From an uncultured Candidatus Saccharibacteria bacterium (GTDB lineage Bacteria; Patescibacteriota; Minisyncoccia; Phycocordibacterales; UBA12088): a DNA stretch of 64,000 nucleotides. A program made the position numbers and the translations under genes. The notes below the pieces were generated by a model that ran no database searches, had not been told where the DNA came from, and saw only the letters and a program-made list of their open reading frames with translations. The stretch is from NCBI GenBank assembly GCA_964409035.1, contig CAYPBQ010000001.1, positions 28,024 to 92,023 of the forward strand. The letters are read 5' to 3'. Position 1 is the first letter of the stretch. Every line of letters begins with the position of its first letter. Of this stretch, positions 10,617-19,798 are shown piece by piece.

Positions 10617-11885
10617 TCAGTCAATATTGTCTATAGTAGCTACATGATTCCCTGCCACATAGCCGGTCGTCCAGCACAATTGAAGCGAGTAGCCGCCAGA
10701 TGGGCGATTGATATGCAACAAATCACCGGTAACGAAAAGATTTGATACCTTCTTTGACTGCATGGTTCGTGTATCTATTTCAGACAGGACTACTCCGCCA
10801 TCAGCAATTACCGCTCTATCAAAGCCCATGAGCCCTTCAATAGTAATTGGTAGAGCCTTAAGCAAGTGGGTAATGACCTTTCTATCTTCTTTGCTTACAG
10901 AATGCACCCTCGTATCTATATCTACTTTATCCTCCAAAAGTATTTCAATACCCTTTGCCATCCCTTTTGGAACAATTTCTTTCAGGACTGTTCGCAGTGT
11001 TTTGTTTTTATTTACATCAAAGACACTTATTATTCGCCTTTCGAGTGATCCTAGATCAGTATCTGGATACGCATCAACGGTAGCTGTTACCGCACCAGTA
11101 TGTAGTAGATCAGCAACAGAGACCGCACTATTTAATATAAGAGGGCCTGATAATCCAAAGTGCGTGAATAGCAACTTTCCAGTTTTAGAAAACACTCTTT
11201 TACCTTCAAGAAAAAAGGTTATTTTCATAAATGAAAGAGACACCCCTGCAAGCTTTTTACTCCACAACTCTTTAGTAGCAAGAGGTACAATAGTAGGTGT
11301 CGGCTGCTCAACCGTATGCCCAAGTGCCGACAAAAATGCGTACCCGTCTCCCGTTGAGCCAGTCTCAGGGTGCGATACGCCGCCAGTAGCTAGGATGTAG
11401 TGCGTTGCTCTGTAAATTACCTTTCCAGCAACCACATGACTGATACTCCCATTCTCACACACTATATTTGTTATAGGGGTGCCAGTCTGTATATCCACGT
11501 TGCCTTTTTTCACATAGGCTACAAGCACATCAACCACGTCTTGCGCTTTTTGTGTGCTAGGAAAGGCTCTCTTCCTTGCTTCAACAACAATAGGGAGTCG
11601 GCGCGACTCAAAAAAGTGACATGTGTCCTTCATTCCAAATTGTGAGAATGGTGAGTATAAAAATTGCTCCGCATTGCCATAGTGGGAAAGGAGCACTCGT
11701 TCATCCTCTTCTGCATTTGTGATATTGCATCTTCCACCACCGGTAATACTTAGCTTCGCTCCCAGATGCTTATTCTTTTCAATAAGCAGTACCGTAAGTC
11801 CACGCTCAGCCGCGCGGCCCGCAGCAATAAGGCCTGAGGCGCCACCGCCAATTACGATCACATCATACTTCTCGCCGCTATCCAT
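10617..11885 (-). CDS. HI0933/YhiN-family FAD-dependent flavoprotein
   Basis: YDVIVIGGGASGLIAA...GGGRCNITN; a C-terminal family signature is present. Confidence 0.8.
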   Translation of the reverse strand: MDSGEKYDVIVIGGGASGLIAAGRAAERGLTVLLIEKNKHLGAKLSITGGGRCNITNAEEDERVLLSHYGNAEQFLYSPFSQFGMKDTCHFFESRRLPIVVEARKRAFPSTQKAQDVVDVLVAYVKKGNVDIQTGTPITNIVCENGSISHVVAGKVIYRATHYILATGGVSHPETGSTGDGYAFLSALGHTVEQPTPTIVPLATKELWSKKLAGVSLSFMKITFFLEGKRVFSKTGKLLFTHFGLSGPLILNSAVSVADLLHTGAVTATVDAYPDTDLGSLERRIISVFDVNKNKTLRTVLKEIVPKGMAKGIEILLEDKVDIDTRVHSVSKEDRKVITHLLKALPITIEGLMGFDRAVIADGGVVLSEIDTRTMQSKKVSNLFVTGDLLHINRPSGGYSLQLCWTTGYVAGNHVATIDNID

Positions 11886-11905
11886 ACGATTATTCTAGCA
11901 GATAG

Positions 11906-13378
11906 CTACTTAGAAAGATCAAGCACCTCATCAATGCGTATCTGCTCTACAAATTCTGGTACGTGCGAGACTAATATCATTGCCCCCTTGTACGCATCTA
12001 GCGCCTTAGCAATAACAGGTAGGTGTCTAAAGTTTATGTGGTTAGTTGGCTCATCAAGTATGAGAAGTCCCGGTCTTTCAAGTACAAGTCGTGCAAATGC
12101 CACAAGACCTTTTTGCCCCTCTGACAAACGACCGATTTTTGTTTTAATCATCTCTGCGTCAATCAAAAATCCCGCGGCAGTAGCGCGCAAACGCTCCTCT
12201 ACCTTTTGATCCATCACTTCAAGTAGTGATTCAAGTACCGTATGCTCAAAGTTAAGGGTAGAAAAATCCTGTCGATAGTAACCAATACGCACATCCCTCT
12301 CTAGCTCAACACCCTTAGCCTTTCCACTTGCGATACTCTCAAGCAACGTACTCTTGCCAATACCATTTGGCCCAACTAGTAGTAAGTGCTTATTTTTGTT
12401 TAATGATATATCAACTTTGTGTGTCACCACTTTATGATTTTTCATGGTGCTGAGCGAGGTGATATGCACCAATTTTCCTGAGAGCTCCTCCTGATGCGGA
12501 ATAGTAAATGGACGAATAGTCTTATCCTCCTTTCTCACCTCAACCATATCCTCTTCCATTTGCTCTGCCTTTTCTCTCATGCGCTTAGCAAGGAGTCGCA
12601 TCTGTCCGCCCTTATTTGCAAAAAAGTTTGCCTTGTCTTTATTCTCTTGCGCCGTTTTTGCAAGTTGAGCGTTTTTTCTGTTCTCCTTTTCAATTCGAGC
12701 ACTTATGTCTCTAAGTACATCAGTATAGTTACCCGCGTATTGCTCTACCTTTTTAGTGCGTACATCAAGGTATAAGACCCCCTCGGTAAAGGCATTAAGA
12801 AACTCAGTATCATGTGAGATAACAATGATTGATTTTTTGTAGTTTTTTAGAAAGTCAGTAAGGTGCGAGATGCCAGCTTTATCAAGATTATTAGTAGGCT
12901 CATCAAGGAGAAGAAGGTCTGGTTCTTGAATTAGTGCTGATGCTAAGAGTAGTCGCGCCTGTTGCCCACCTGAAAAGGTATTCATTATTCTGTCATGTAC
13001 TTTTTCATGCCCCTTAAGATGTACCACTTCTAGCACCTCATCTATACGAGGGTCGATATCATGTATTTTTTTCGGGAAGCACTTTTGAAAAAACTCTCTC
13101 ACAGAGAGCGTTAGCTCATCACGTGGAATCACTTGCCGCGATAGAGCAATAGACAATCCATGGGATATGTTTATTTTACCCTCCTCAGGAGTGTGTGTGC
13201 CCATCATGAGTGAAAAGATGGTACTTTTGCCCGCGCCATTTTGTCCCATTAGCGCAAGCTTTATTCCCCTTCTCACTGAAAAATCCACCGCATCCAAAAT
13301 GGGCTTATTGTGTCCAAACTCAAATGACACTTTTTCAAATGAAAGAATTGCTTCTGCTTTTGACATATGTACGTACAC
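11906..13378 (-). CDS. ABC-F family ATPase (two ABC domains, no TM domain)
   Basis: Two Walker A motifs (GQNGAGKST, GPNGIGKST), two LSGGQ-like signatures, and a charged linker between them. The start may be the Met at 13366. Confidence 0.85.
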   Translation of the reverse strand: MYVHMSKAEAILSFEKVSFEFGHNKPILDAVDFSVRRGIKLALMGQNGAGKSTIFSLMMGTHTPEEGKINISHGLSIALSRQVIPRDELTLSVREFFQKCFPKKIHDIDPRIDEVLEVVHLKGHEKVHDRIMNTFSGGQQARLLLASALIQEPDLLLLDEPTNNLDKAGISHLTDFLKNYKKSIIVISHDTEFLNAFTEGVLYLDVRTKKVEQYAGNYTDVLRDISARIEKENRKNAQLAKTAQENKDKANFFANKGGQMRLLAKRMREKAEQMEEDMVEVRKEDKTIRPFTIPHQEELSGKLVHITSLSTMKNHKVVTHKVDISLNKNKHLLLVGPNGIGKSTLLESIASGKAKGVELERDVRIGYYRQDFSTLNFEHTVLESLLEVMDQKVEERLRATAAGFLIDAEMIKTKIGRLSEGQKGLVAFARLVLERPGLLILDEPTNHINFRHLPVIAKALDAYKGAMILVSHVPEFVEQIRIDEVLDLSK

Positions 13379-13400
13379 CTTACCAATTCACTTCTACAGT

Positions 13401-13901
13401 CTACTTTTTTGTTGATTTTTTAGTTACAGATACTTTTGCCTTTTTTGGGGCAATAACCTCTTCTTCAATTTCTGGAGCATCATCTGCAATAAGTAACCCC
13501 TCAACCGCGCGAATCAGTCTTTCTAACTTTTGATTTACTGCCTTGAGTTCACTCGTGAGCGCATCCACACCCTCGTTATTTGCGGCGCTACTATGTGCAG
13601 ATTCAGTCACATGTCGCTTGGATGCAAATGATTGTTTAGCTTCTCTATCACCATATCTTCCTTCGGTAGTACCAAAGCATTCTTTGCAATACACCGGCTT
13701 TCCAGGAGATGGTCTAAATGGCACCTCGCACGCCTTTCCACATACAGAGCAAGTAGCCTTAAATAGCTCTAGTCGTTCAGTGCGTGGTGATCGCATTTTA
13801 GAACCGAACACCGCCCTCTGCGATTTAGCGCCACCAAACATAGGCTTTCCGCCCTTTTCATTAAACGACCGTTTTCCGCCCCTATTCATAAATGCTGACA
13901 T
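13401..13901 (-). CDS. CxxC-x17-CxxC zinc-ribbon domain protein with a Lys-rich tail
   Basis: CSVCGKACEVPFRPSPGKPVYCKEC has exactly C-x2-C-x17-C-x2-C. This family is common in Patescibacteria. Confidence 0.65.
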   Translation of the reverse strand: MSAFMNRGGKRSFNEKGGKPMFGGAKSQRAVFGSKMRSPRTERLELFKATCSVCGKACEVPFRPSPGKPVYCKECFGTTEGRYGDREAKQSFASKRHVTESAHSSAANNEGVDALTSELKAVNQKLERLIRAVEGLLIADDAPEIEEEVIAPKKAKVSVTKKSTKK

Positions 13902-13957
13902 AATGAGATGAGTGTGGTCTATTTTTGGCTAAATAGCAAGCCTTTAGGAGTGACTTG

Positions 13958-14362
13958 TTATGCCTGTGGCATTTTGAGTGCTTGATGGATTCCAAACACA
14001 TTATTCTCTGTATCCATAAAATAGGCCTGATGTGCCATTCCAGCAATCTCAAACTTTGGCGTATGTACTGAGCCTCCCGCTGCAAGTATCTTCTCAGACA
14101 TAGCATCTATATCATCTACGACCACTGTGCAGACAAAAGCGTTTACACCCTTACCCTTTTCAAGAGCTACGCCATGCCGCTTGAGGAGGCCGCCACTAAT
14201 ACCAGCTTCTGTGCTACCTTGCGGCGCAGTCATAACCATATAGTAGTCGTACCCAAGCCCCTTCCACTCCTCCATAACCCACCCAAATACGCTAGTATAA
14301 AAGGCAATCGCTCGTGGTATATCATCAACCTGTATTTCAAAATGCATTACTCGATTACTCAT
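13958..14362 (-). CDS. VOC/glyoxalase-bleomycin-resistance family protein
   Basis: 134 aa: HFEIQVDDIPRAIAFYTSVFGW...; paired beta-alpha-beta-beta-beta modules. Confidence 0.7.
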   Translation of the reverse strand: MSNRVMHFEIQVDDIPRAIAFYTSVFGWVMEEWKGLGYDYYMVMTAPQGSTEAGISGGLLKRHGVALEKGKGVNAFVCTVVVDDIDAMSEKILAAGGSVHTPKFEIAGMAHQAYFMDTENNVFGIHQALKMPQA

Positions 14363-14420
14363 GAATGTATTGCTAGATTAATAACTACATACTAACAGTA
14401 TTTTGCACAAACATACATTA

Positions 14421-14825
14421 TTACCAATTTAGATACGTTACCGTGAGCTGAAGGCATGTAGCGAATGTACCCCATAACAGATAAGGGATATTTATATACA
14501 CTACCCATCGCATATCTGGCACTGCATACCAGAGTGCAATGAGCGCCCATACGAGGGTCACCACCACAAGCAAGATATCAATAGAGGCAAGGAGATTGTT
14601 TTGCAACCCAAATTGAATTGGGGTAAATGCAAAGTTAACTATTAGATTAAGTGCAAATGGCAACGCAACAAGCCACGATAATGCGCCAGTATATGCCTTA
14701 TAAAATACCATGCTAAAGGTAACTGCAATTATGGCATACAACACTGTCCACACGGGGCCAAATAGCCACGCAGGTGGCGCCCAAGCAGGCTTAATAAGCG
14801 TGAGATAGTATGTTGGTTCATTCAT
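14421..14825 (-). CDS. tspO: TspO/MBR (tryptophan-rich sensory protein) family
   Basis: KPAWAPPAWLFGPVWTVLY, with five TM helices rich in Trp. Confidence 0.8.
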   Translation of the reverse strand: MNEPTYYLTLIKPAWAPPAWLFGPVWTVLYAIIAVTFSMVFYKAYTGALSWLVALPFALNLIVNFAFTPIQFGLQNNLLASIDILLVVVTLVWALIALWYAVPDMRWVVYINIPYLLWGTFATCLQLTVTYLNW

Positions 14826-14840
14826 ATACGTAGTATAGCA

Positions 14841-14869
14841 TTTGACAACGCATCTTATTCTATATATAT
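14841..14869 (+). promoter_or_regulatory. sigma70 promoter (perfect TTGACA, 17-nt spacer, TATATT) driving the adjacent non-coding RNA
   Basis: ttgaca at 14841-14846, tatatt at 14864-14869. Confidence 0.55.
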
Positions 14870-14875
14870 TCGACT

Positions 14876-15134
14876 CGGTTCAAGCAACACTGACTCTGGC
14901 GGCACACAGGTGCTCTTGTGCGTAGGGTTCGAATCCCTATCAGTGGGTCAATGACTTATAACCTCGAGGCTCAGCATAGATGGGAGACACAGAAACCAGT
15001 GCTGGGGCATTGGCGGAGTCGCAACTGAGATACCATCCCCGAGGTGTGAAATTTGCTTGTGATTGCATGTTGCAAGCAACGTAGTAGACCAGCTTGAACC
15101 ACCACGCCACCCTTCAGGGGTGGCGTTCTTCATT
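14876..15134 (+). ncRNA. ~255-nt structured RNA of undetermined class. It has a 5'/3' closing stem, an internal tRNA-like T-arm and an intrinsic terminator.
   Basis: The 5' ggttcaagc (14876-14884) is perfectly complementary to gcttgaacc (15092-15100). There is a T-arm-like hairpin tagggTTCGAATcccta (14926-14942) and a terminator hairpin acgccaccc-ttca-ggggtggcgt plus T-run (15104-15134). The RNA sits in a 340-bp gap with no credible ORF and no + strand gene downstream. Confidence 0.4.
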
Positions 15135-15162
15135 TTATATAGTGCAACTATTGTAGCTACTA

Positions 15163-15780
15163 CTAGAAACCTAGTTTCTCTTTTACAATAATTACCATCA
15201 CCTTTCTACCCATAAAGGCTGGCTCGCATTCAATGGTGAGCACTTTTGATAGTACAGTGCCTCCCATTCCCACCTCTTTCATACGAACATCTTCAAGAGG
15301 AACCACATACTCACGAATACGTTGCATTGCCTCAGCATGAGTTGGCATTATTTTCTGAGCTCCCACAACAAAAATAATATTTTTTGAGGTAAATACGATA
15401 GGTGGCAACTGGCTCCCTGATGCTGAAGCAATAACAAGCTCGCCACTTTGCGCAAGTGCGTGAACGCTACCAAGATAATATTCAGCAAATAGCGACGCGT
15501 TGCGTAGCTCTTGCTTCTTTGCAGGATCACTCTCAGCAACAACGCTTGCATGCAGGTTATTCCATCCGTGTGTATCAGATTTGAGATACTCCACTAGTCC
15601 AATCTCTTCAAGAGTACGAGATGAGCCGTTATTAACCGAAGCGCCCTGCGGGATAAGCTCAATTACCTTTTGAAGTGCTTCTTCTTTGGTGGCAACCACA
15701 ATTGCCTCAATGTTGCGATCTGCAAGTGCCTTAGTAGTTAGCTCAATAGTGCTGTCGTTGGGTATTGAATCGTAGTTCAT
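15163..15780 (-). CDS. LUD-domain protein (LutC/YkgG family)
   Basis: 205 aa; architecture typical of the lactate-utilisation LUD domain. Confidence 0.6.
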   Translation of the reverse strand: MNYDSIPNDSTIELTTKALADRNIEAIVVATKEEALQKVIELIPQGASVNNGSSRTLEEIGLVEYLKSDTHGWNNLHASVVAESDPAKKQELRNASLFAEYYLGSVHALAQSGELVIASASGSQLPPIVFTSKNIIFVVGAQKIMPTHAEAMQRIREYVVPLEDVRMKEVGMGGTVLSKVLTIECEPAFMGRKVMVIIVKEKLGF

Positions 15781-15842
15781 ATAATATTTGATTACTGGTT
15801 AAAGTGCGGATAACTAACATCACGATTGTACCACGCCATCAA

Positions 15843-16217
15843 TTATAAGGATGCTCTACGCAGACTTTTCTCTTCTTTAAGGCGGAAAGCGACTATTTTT
15901 TTAATGAGCGAAACAGGCAACGGCTCATTGTATGAAAAGCGTATGCATCCTTTAGAATAACTTATATTGCGCTTCGCAAGCTCATCAGCATACGCGGTAA
16001 CACCAGAGGGTGTGGGATAAAAGCCTATGTGACCCTTCATTGCTGCATAGTGGATAAAATTTTTTCCACCAATCCTTATCGTTGGCATGCCATACTTAAT
16101 TACTTCCTCTCCCTTTGGAACAAGTGATGTAATTAATGCCCTTATCTCTTTTACCTTTGGTAAAAGGTTACCATCTACATTCTTTATATACTCTTCTACT
16201 GTGGAATAAACTTTCAT
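15843..16217 (-). CDS. DUF1801 (YdhG-like) domain protein
   Basis: STVEEYI...KYGMPTIRIGGKNFIHYAAMKGHIGFYPTPS...IRFSYNEPLP matches DUF1801. The start was taken at the internal ATG (16217). Confidence 0.6.
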   Translation of the reverse strand: MKVYSTVEEYIKNVDGNLLPKVKEIRALITSLVPKGEEVIKYGMPTIRIGGKNFIHYAAMKGHIGFYPTPSGVTAYADELAKRNISYSKGCIRFSYNEPLPVSLIKKIVAFRLKEEKSLRRASL

Positions 16218-16237
16218 GTATATTTGATGGTATCTAT

Positions 16238-16654
16238 CTATAGACCAAAAAGCCCAATAAGTATTGCAGTTATCCAGCAGCACCCAGAGACTCCTCCCGA
16301 CACCAACAACACGCGCTGCTCATGAGGTAATAGCGATGCATACGGTACTGCTGTTGCCTTGAGCATAAGTCCAGAAATAAAAAAGCTATTCACTAGTAGC
16401 GTAGCCACACACGCTAGCTTGGCATAAAAGAGTGGCTTCTCTAGCATTACCGCCCACATAGGTAGCATGGTCGCAATACCAGTAGTGATAAGAAGCAACA
16501 AGCCAATCATAACCGCGCGGTGTGTCCACACAATCTTTTGCCTACTAATAGTGCCTACCCTGCCGCTAAAGTATGCAATTCCAAGATGATCGCCGTACAA
16601 TATCGCTGGTACGGTGATAATAAGCGCAAGTAAGTGAAGCGATACTGGATCCAT
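16238..16654 (-). CDS. integral membrane protein (4 TM), hypothetical
   Basis: 138 aa, hydrophobic throughout. Its start overlaps the stop of the upstream ORF by 1 nt. Confidence 0.5.
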   Translation of the reverse strand: MDPVSLHLLALIITVPAILYGDHLGIAYFSGRVGTISRQKIVWTHRAVMIGLLLLITTGIATMLPMWAVMLEKPLFYAKLACVATLLVNSFFISGLMLKATAVPYASLLPHEQRVLLVSGGVSGCCWITAILIGLFGL

Positions 16655-17124
16655 TACTTAAGGATTCCTATCTGATAACCAGTGATAGTTTCTTGAGGGC
16701 GAGCATCACCGCTGTGCTGTCCGGTAAATGCAGCAGTTCCGTCAATGCCACAGATACTAAGTATTCGCTTTGCGCCACCAGGGTGCTTTGAAATAAATGT
16801 AGTGAGGTCGTACACATTACCACTTACAATAGTCCAGCATGAGTTTTGGTTATTGTGTAGTGCAACATCAGCAGAGGTGTAGGTAGTAGCGCCAGGTGTA
16901 GACTCCGCTGGTACAGTAGATGGTGACGGCGCAGAAGTAGTTACATCAACAGACGCAGCTCCTGTTTGCGTGGGCGCGCTTGGTGTTACTGTTATATCTG
17001 CATTATTGGTTTCCGACACTGGTGCATTGAGTGTTTGAGTTGCAATCGGTGATACAACAAAGTACGCCCCAAAAGCTATGATAAAGACACCGGCAACAAT
17101 GCCAAGTAATGTTTTTGTTGTCAT
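16654..17124 (-). CDS. membrane-anchored cytochrome b5-like heme-binding domain protein
   Basis: N-terminal TM, a Thr/Pro/Ser-rich linker, then HNNQNSCWTIVSGNVYDLTTFISKHPGG (b5 HPGG motif). Start taken at ATG 17124. Confidence 0.6.
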   Translation of the reverse strand: MTTKTLLGIVAGVFIIAFGAYFVVSPIATQTLNAPVSETNNADITVTPSAPTQTGAASVDVTTSAPSPSTVPAESTPGATTYTSADVALHNNQNSCWTIVSGNVYDLTTFISKHPGGAKRILSICGIDGTAAFTGQHSGDARPQETITGYQIGILK

Positions 17125-17259
17125 ATGTCGATTATATACCAATCCCAATTTTTTTTCATCCAGTGGATGATGTGGGTGCGAGAGCGCTGAGGAAAGGCGT
17201 AATTTTCTATGCACCAAATCGTGACGGCATCATTTTTAACCTATTATGCGCGTAACGTC

Positions 17260-18135
17260 TTACCTCTCCTTCACAGATTCAAGCATTGCAGCCATGTTTG
17301 CGTAATCTTTACTTGCACCTGCGTCAATAATAATAGTGTTGCCATGACTTGCAGCACTTGTGATCGTATCAAGGCGGTTGGTGTCGGTAAGAAACTGAAT
17401 GGCAACATTATTATCAAGACCCGCCTTCTTCATTGTCTCCATTGCCTCCTCAAGCCCACGGGCAATTGCCGTACGCATTTGTGCCATTCCCTCTCCTTGA
17501 AGTTTCTTACTCTCTGCTTCTGCTTGTGCTGCACCGATAAGCTTAATACGTGCTGCCTCCGCCTCATTGCGTGCTGCTTCCATAAGCCTCTTACTCGCAA
17601 TCACTTTGTTAAACGCATCCCTCACTTCAATGCTCGGCTGTGGTTCATCTACAAGCACGTTTTCAATACTATATCCAAACTTTGCAAATTGCTCTGAAAG
17701 AGCAGTCTGTACTTGAGATTCAACCGCGTCGCGGTTAGCATAAAGCTCTGTCATCTCCATTCCTGAAGCTGTTTGTCGCACATTATTGAGAACGTATGAG
17801 GTAATTTGCTTTTCCGGTGACTCAAGTTCGTAGTGTGCCTTCACTGCACCGACAGCATCATCACTTGCCTTGTATTGAACCTTCACCGGCAGCATCATAA
17901 ATGCATTATCACTCGTCTTCACCGACACATCAGCGTGGATTTCCTGAAGCTGCAAATTCACCCGTGCCACTATCGTGGTAATCGGCCATGGCAACTTTAC
18001 ATTAAGCCCAGGAAACACCGCATGTGTGTGCGGCCGCCCAAATGTTTCCAAAATCGCCGCCGTCTTCCCCTTTACTACATACACCATTGACGGCAAAAAA
18101 ATTAACGCAATCACTAAGGCGATAATCCAAAACAT
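17260..18135 (-). CDS. SPFH/band-7 (stomatin/prohibitin-like) protein
   Basis: N-terminal TM, an SPFH core, and a C-terminal Ala/Glu-rich coiled coil. Confidence 0.8.
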   Translation of the reverse strand: MFWIIALVIALIFLPSMVYVVKGKTAAILETFGRPHTHAVFPGLNVKLPWPITTIVARVNLQLQEIHADVSVKTSDNAFMMLPVKVQYKASDDAVGAVKAHYELESPEKQITSYVLNNVRQTASGMEMTELYANRDAVESQVQTALSEQFAKFGYSIENVLVDEPQPSIEVRDAFNKVIASKRLMEAARNEAEAARIKLIGAAQAEAESKKLQGEGMAQMRTAIARGLEEAMETMKKAGLDNNVAIQFLTDTNRLDTITSAASHGNTIIIDAGASKDYANMAAMLESVKER

Positions 18136-18197
18136 ACGCGGAATGGCTAGTTGATATACTCAAAGTATATCAGGAAATTTGAGTATGTATTTAGCGG

Positions 18198-18659
18198 CTA
18201 AATTTTGCTTACATCACCATCAAGCAGTATAGGCTTCATTCCCAGAATCTCTTGTTTATATGAAAGCTCAGAAGAAACGGGATTCTGTATGTAAATCTTC
18301 TTTTTTAGATAAAATGCTACTCCAATTTCTATGAGTGTATTTCCACCAATGTATCCTTGAATGCCGCGCTTCTCATTATTAATGACAAGGATTCCATCAC
18401 ACCAATCTATTTTTTCATAATGATCGTTGATTGCTGATTCTTTTAGATCCCAAATGTTATGCCCTACAGGGAAAGCATCAATACCTCCATTTTGTTCGAT
18501 AAACTCACCAAAATATACTTTCTTGCCACCACCAAATTCTTTGGGCACTTCTAGTGCTAGCTCTGGAATCTTTACCTCATGGCCGTGCTTGATGAGTTCA
18601 TCCCTAGCAAATTCCATTTCTTTATAAAACCCAATACTTCCACAAATTGTCATTTTCAT
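18198..18659 (-). CDS. nucleoside 2-deoxyribosyltransferase-like (Rossmann-like) protein
   Basis: MKMTICGSIGF...CDGILVINN...GYIGGNTLIEIGVAFYLKKKI. Confidence 0.45.
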   Translation of the reverse strand: MKMTICGSIGFYKEMEFARDELIKHGHEVKIPELALEVPKEFGGGKKVYFGEFIEQNGGIDAFPVGHNIWDLKESAINDHYEKIDWCDGILVINNEKRGIQGYIGGNTLIEIGVAFYLKKKIYIQNPVSSELSYKQEILGMKPILLDGDVSKI

Positions 18660-18886
18660 AAAAAATTATTCGAGAAAAGCTCTTTAAGAGGGAAAGTCGC
18701 AACCATTACACCACTCCACAATATTCATATTATATCACACACTATTACCCCTCTAGACTGCAGGGTACCAAAAACTAAACCGCTGATATTCTGAGATACT
18801 CACAAAAATTATCCGATCTCAAACCTCAGCTTTTCCTGATTCAAATCTCAGGGGTTTTCTTAGTCTTTCTTCGGAGGAAGCCCCCA

Positions 18887-19174
18887 CTACCACTTTGGTT
18901 TCTCTCCTGTCTTGTACGCAGTGAAAATGAAAGCGGCGGTCAAAAGGATGATCGGCAGTCCTAGTACCAAGAAGTTACTCCCTGAATCAGGATTCCCCGG
19001 AATGGATTCTTCTCGATTAAGTACTAGAAGTAAGACGAGTGCAATGTATACAAACGTAGCAAGTAATCCTTGCCACGTGACAGGCACCCAACCCCATCCC
19101 CAGATCTTTTGCTTGAACCAGTAGTGTTGTGGATTGTCTCGTAGGTAATCGAAATATTTTTTAAACATAAGCAT
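18887..19174 (-). CDS. small membrane protein
   Basis: 95 aa, Trp-rich, two TM helices. Confidence 0.4.
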   Translation of the reverse strand: MLMFKKYFDYLRDNPQHYWFKQKIWGWGWVPVTWQGLLATFVYIALVLLLVLNREESIPGNPDSGSNFLVLGLPIILLTAAFIFTAYKTGEKPKW

Positions 19175-19177
19175 GTA

Positions 19178-19549
19178 TTAGGACTTACGTAGAATCTTCG
19201 GTATTGTCCTTCCCTTGGCGAGCTCATCCACCAGTTTATCAAGATAGCGCACCTCGCGCATAATCTTGTCCTCGATCTCCTCTACTCGTACACCACAGAT
19301 CATGCCGGTGATGAGCTTGCGTGATGGGTTGAGCTTCGGGGCCTCTTTGAAGAACGTTTCAAAGTTTACTTCCTTCTTGATCTGAGCATTCAATTTGCTT
19401 TGCGTGTATCCGGTAAGCCAACGAATAACCTCATCGACTTCTTCTTTGGTTCTACCTTTCTTTTCTGCCTTGGTAATATACATCGGATATACTTTCGCAA
19501 AGATATATCCGTATACGCGCTTGAGCGTTGCTTCACTTGATGACTTCAT
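19178..19549 (-). CDS. DUF2200-like protein
   Basis: [38 protein letters not shown]. Confidence 0.5.
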   Translation of the reverse strand: MKSSSEATLKRVYGYIFAKVYPMYITKAEKKGRTKEEVDEVIRWLTGYTQSKLNAQIKKEVNFETFFKEAPKLNPSRKLITGMICGVRVEEIEDKIMREVRYLDKLVDELAKGRTIPKILRKS

Positions 19550-19565
19550 AAGTATAAGTATAGCG

Positions 19566-19760
19566 GAAAGACCTCTTAGATTCGAACCGATTTCGTGACC
19601 TTAATATAAAACTCGAAATAGCCCGTCCAGGTCACTACATTAGCGCCTCTAAAATATCCATTGTGTACATGATGCGTCGTGGTCACGTGGGCACTGACCA
19701 TAACTGCTGGCCGTCTCGAGCTCGAACCCTGGACGGGTAAGCCCTGCTTGACGGTTTAGC
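19566..19760 (-). other. tRNA-like fragments, possibly a pseudo-tRNA or a non-canonical tRNA-like RNA. Two T-arm motifs (GGTTCGAATC, GGGTTCGAGC) lie in tRNA orientation on the minus strand without a complete cloverleaf.
   Basis: The element fills a 250-bp intergenic gap. The 10-nt gcccgtccagg (19621-19631) is exactly complementary to cctggacgggc (19726-19736). I could not build a full tRNA by hand. Confidence 0.3.
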
Positions 19761-19798
19761 TACATTTTACACTCTCCAAACGACGCGTCTCGAGCACC

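Noticed and set aside
10708-11400. 230-aa + ORF (and similar long antisense ORFs inside dnaX, gyrA-size genes, clpB, and the Clp-like gene)
   Set aside because: These are antisense shadows of strongly supported genes on the opposite strand. Their composition is Ser/Pro/Ala-rich, typical of a non-coding frame.
14948-15133. 61-aa minus-strand ORF inside the 14.9-15.1 kb intergenic gap
   Set aside because: It lies wholly within a region that carries a consensus + strand promoter, a stem-closed structured RNA and a terminator. It shows no coding signal and is antisense to RNA structural elements.
14876-15134. Interpretation of the 255-nt RNA as tmRNA, RNase P RNA or SRP RNA
   Set aside because: It lacks a GGGG 5' acceptor or tag-peptide frame (tmRNA). 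The P4 strands CR-I/CR-V are not positioned correctly (RNase P). It has no GGAAGCAGCC domain-IV motif (SRP). Its class is left open.
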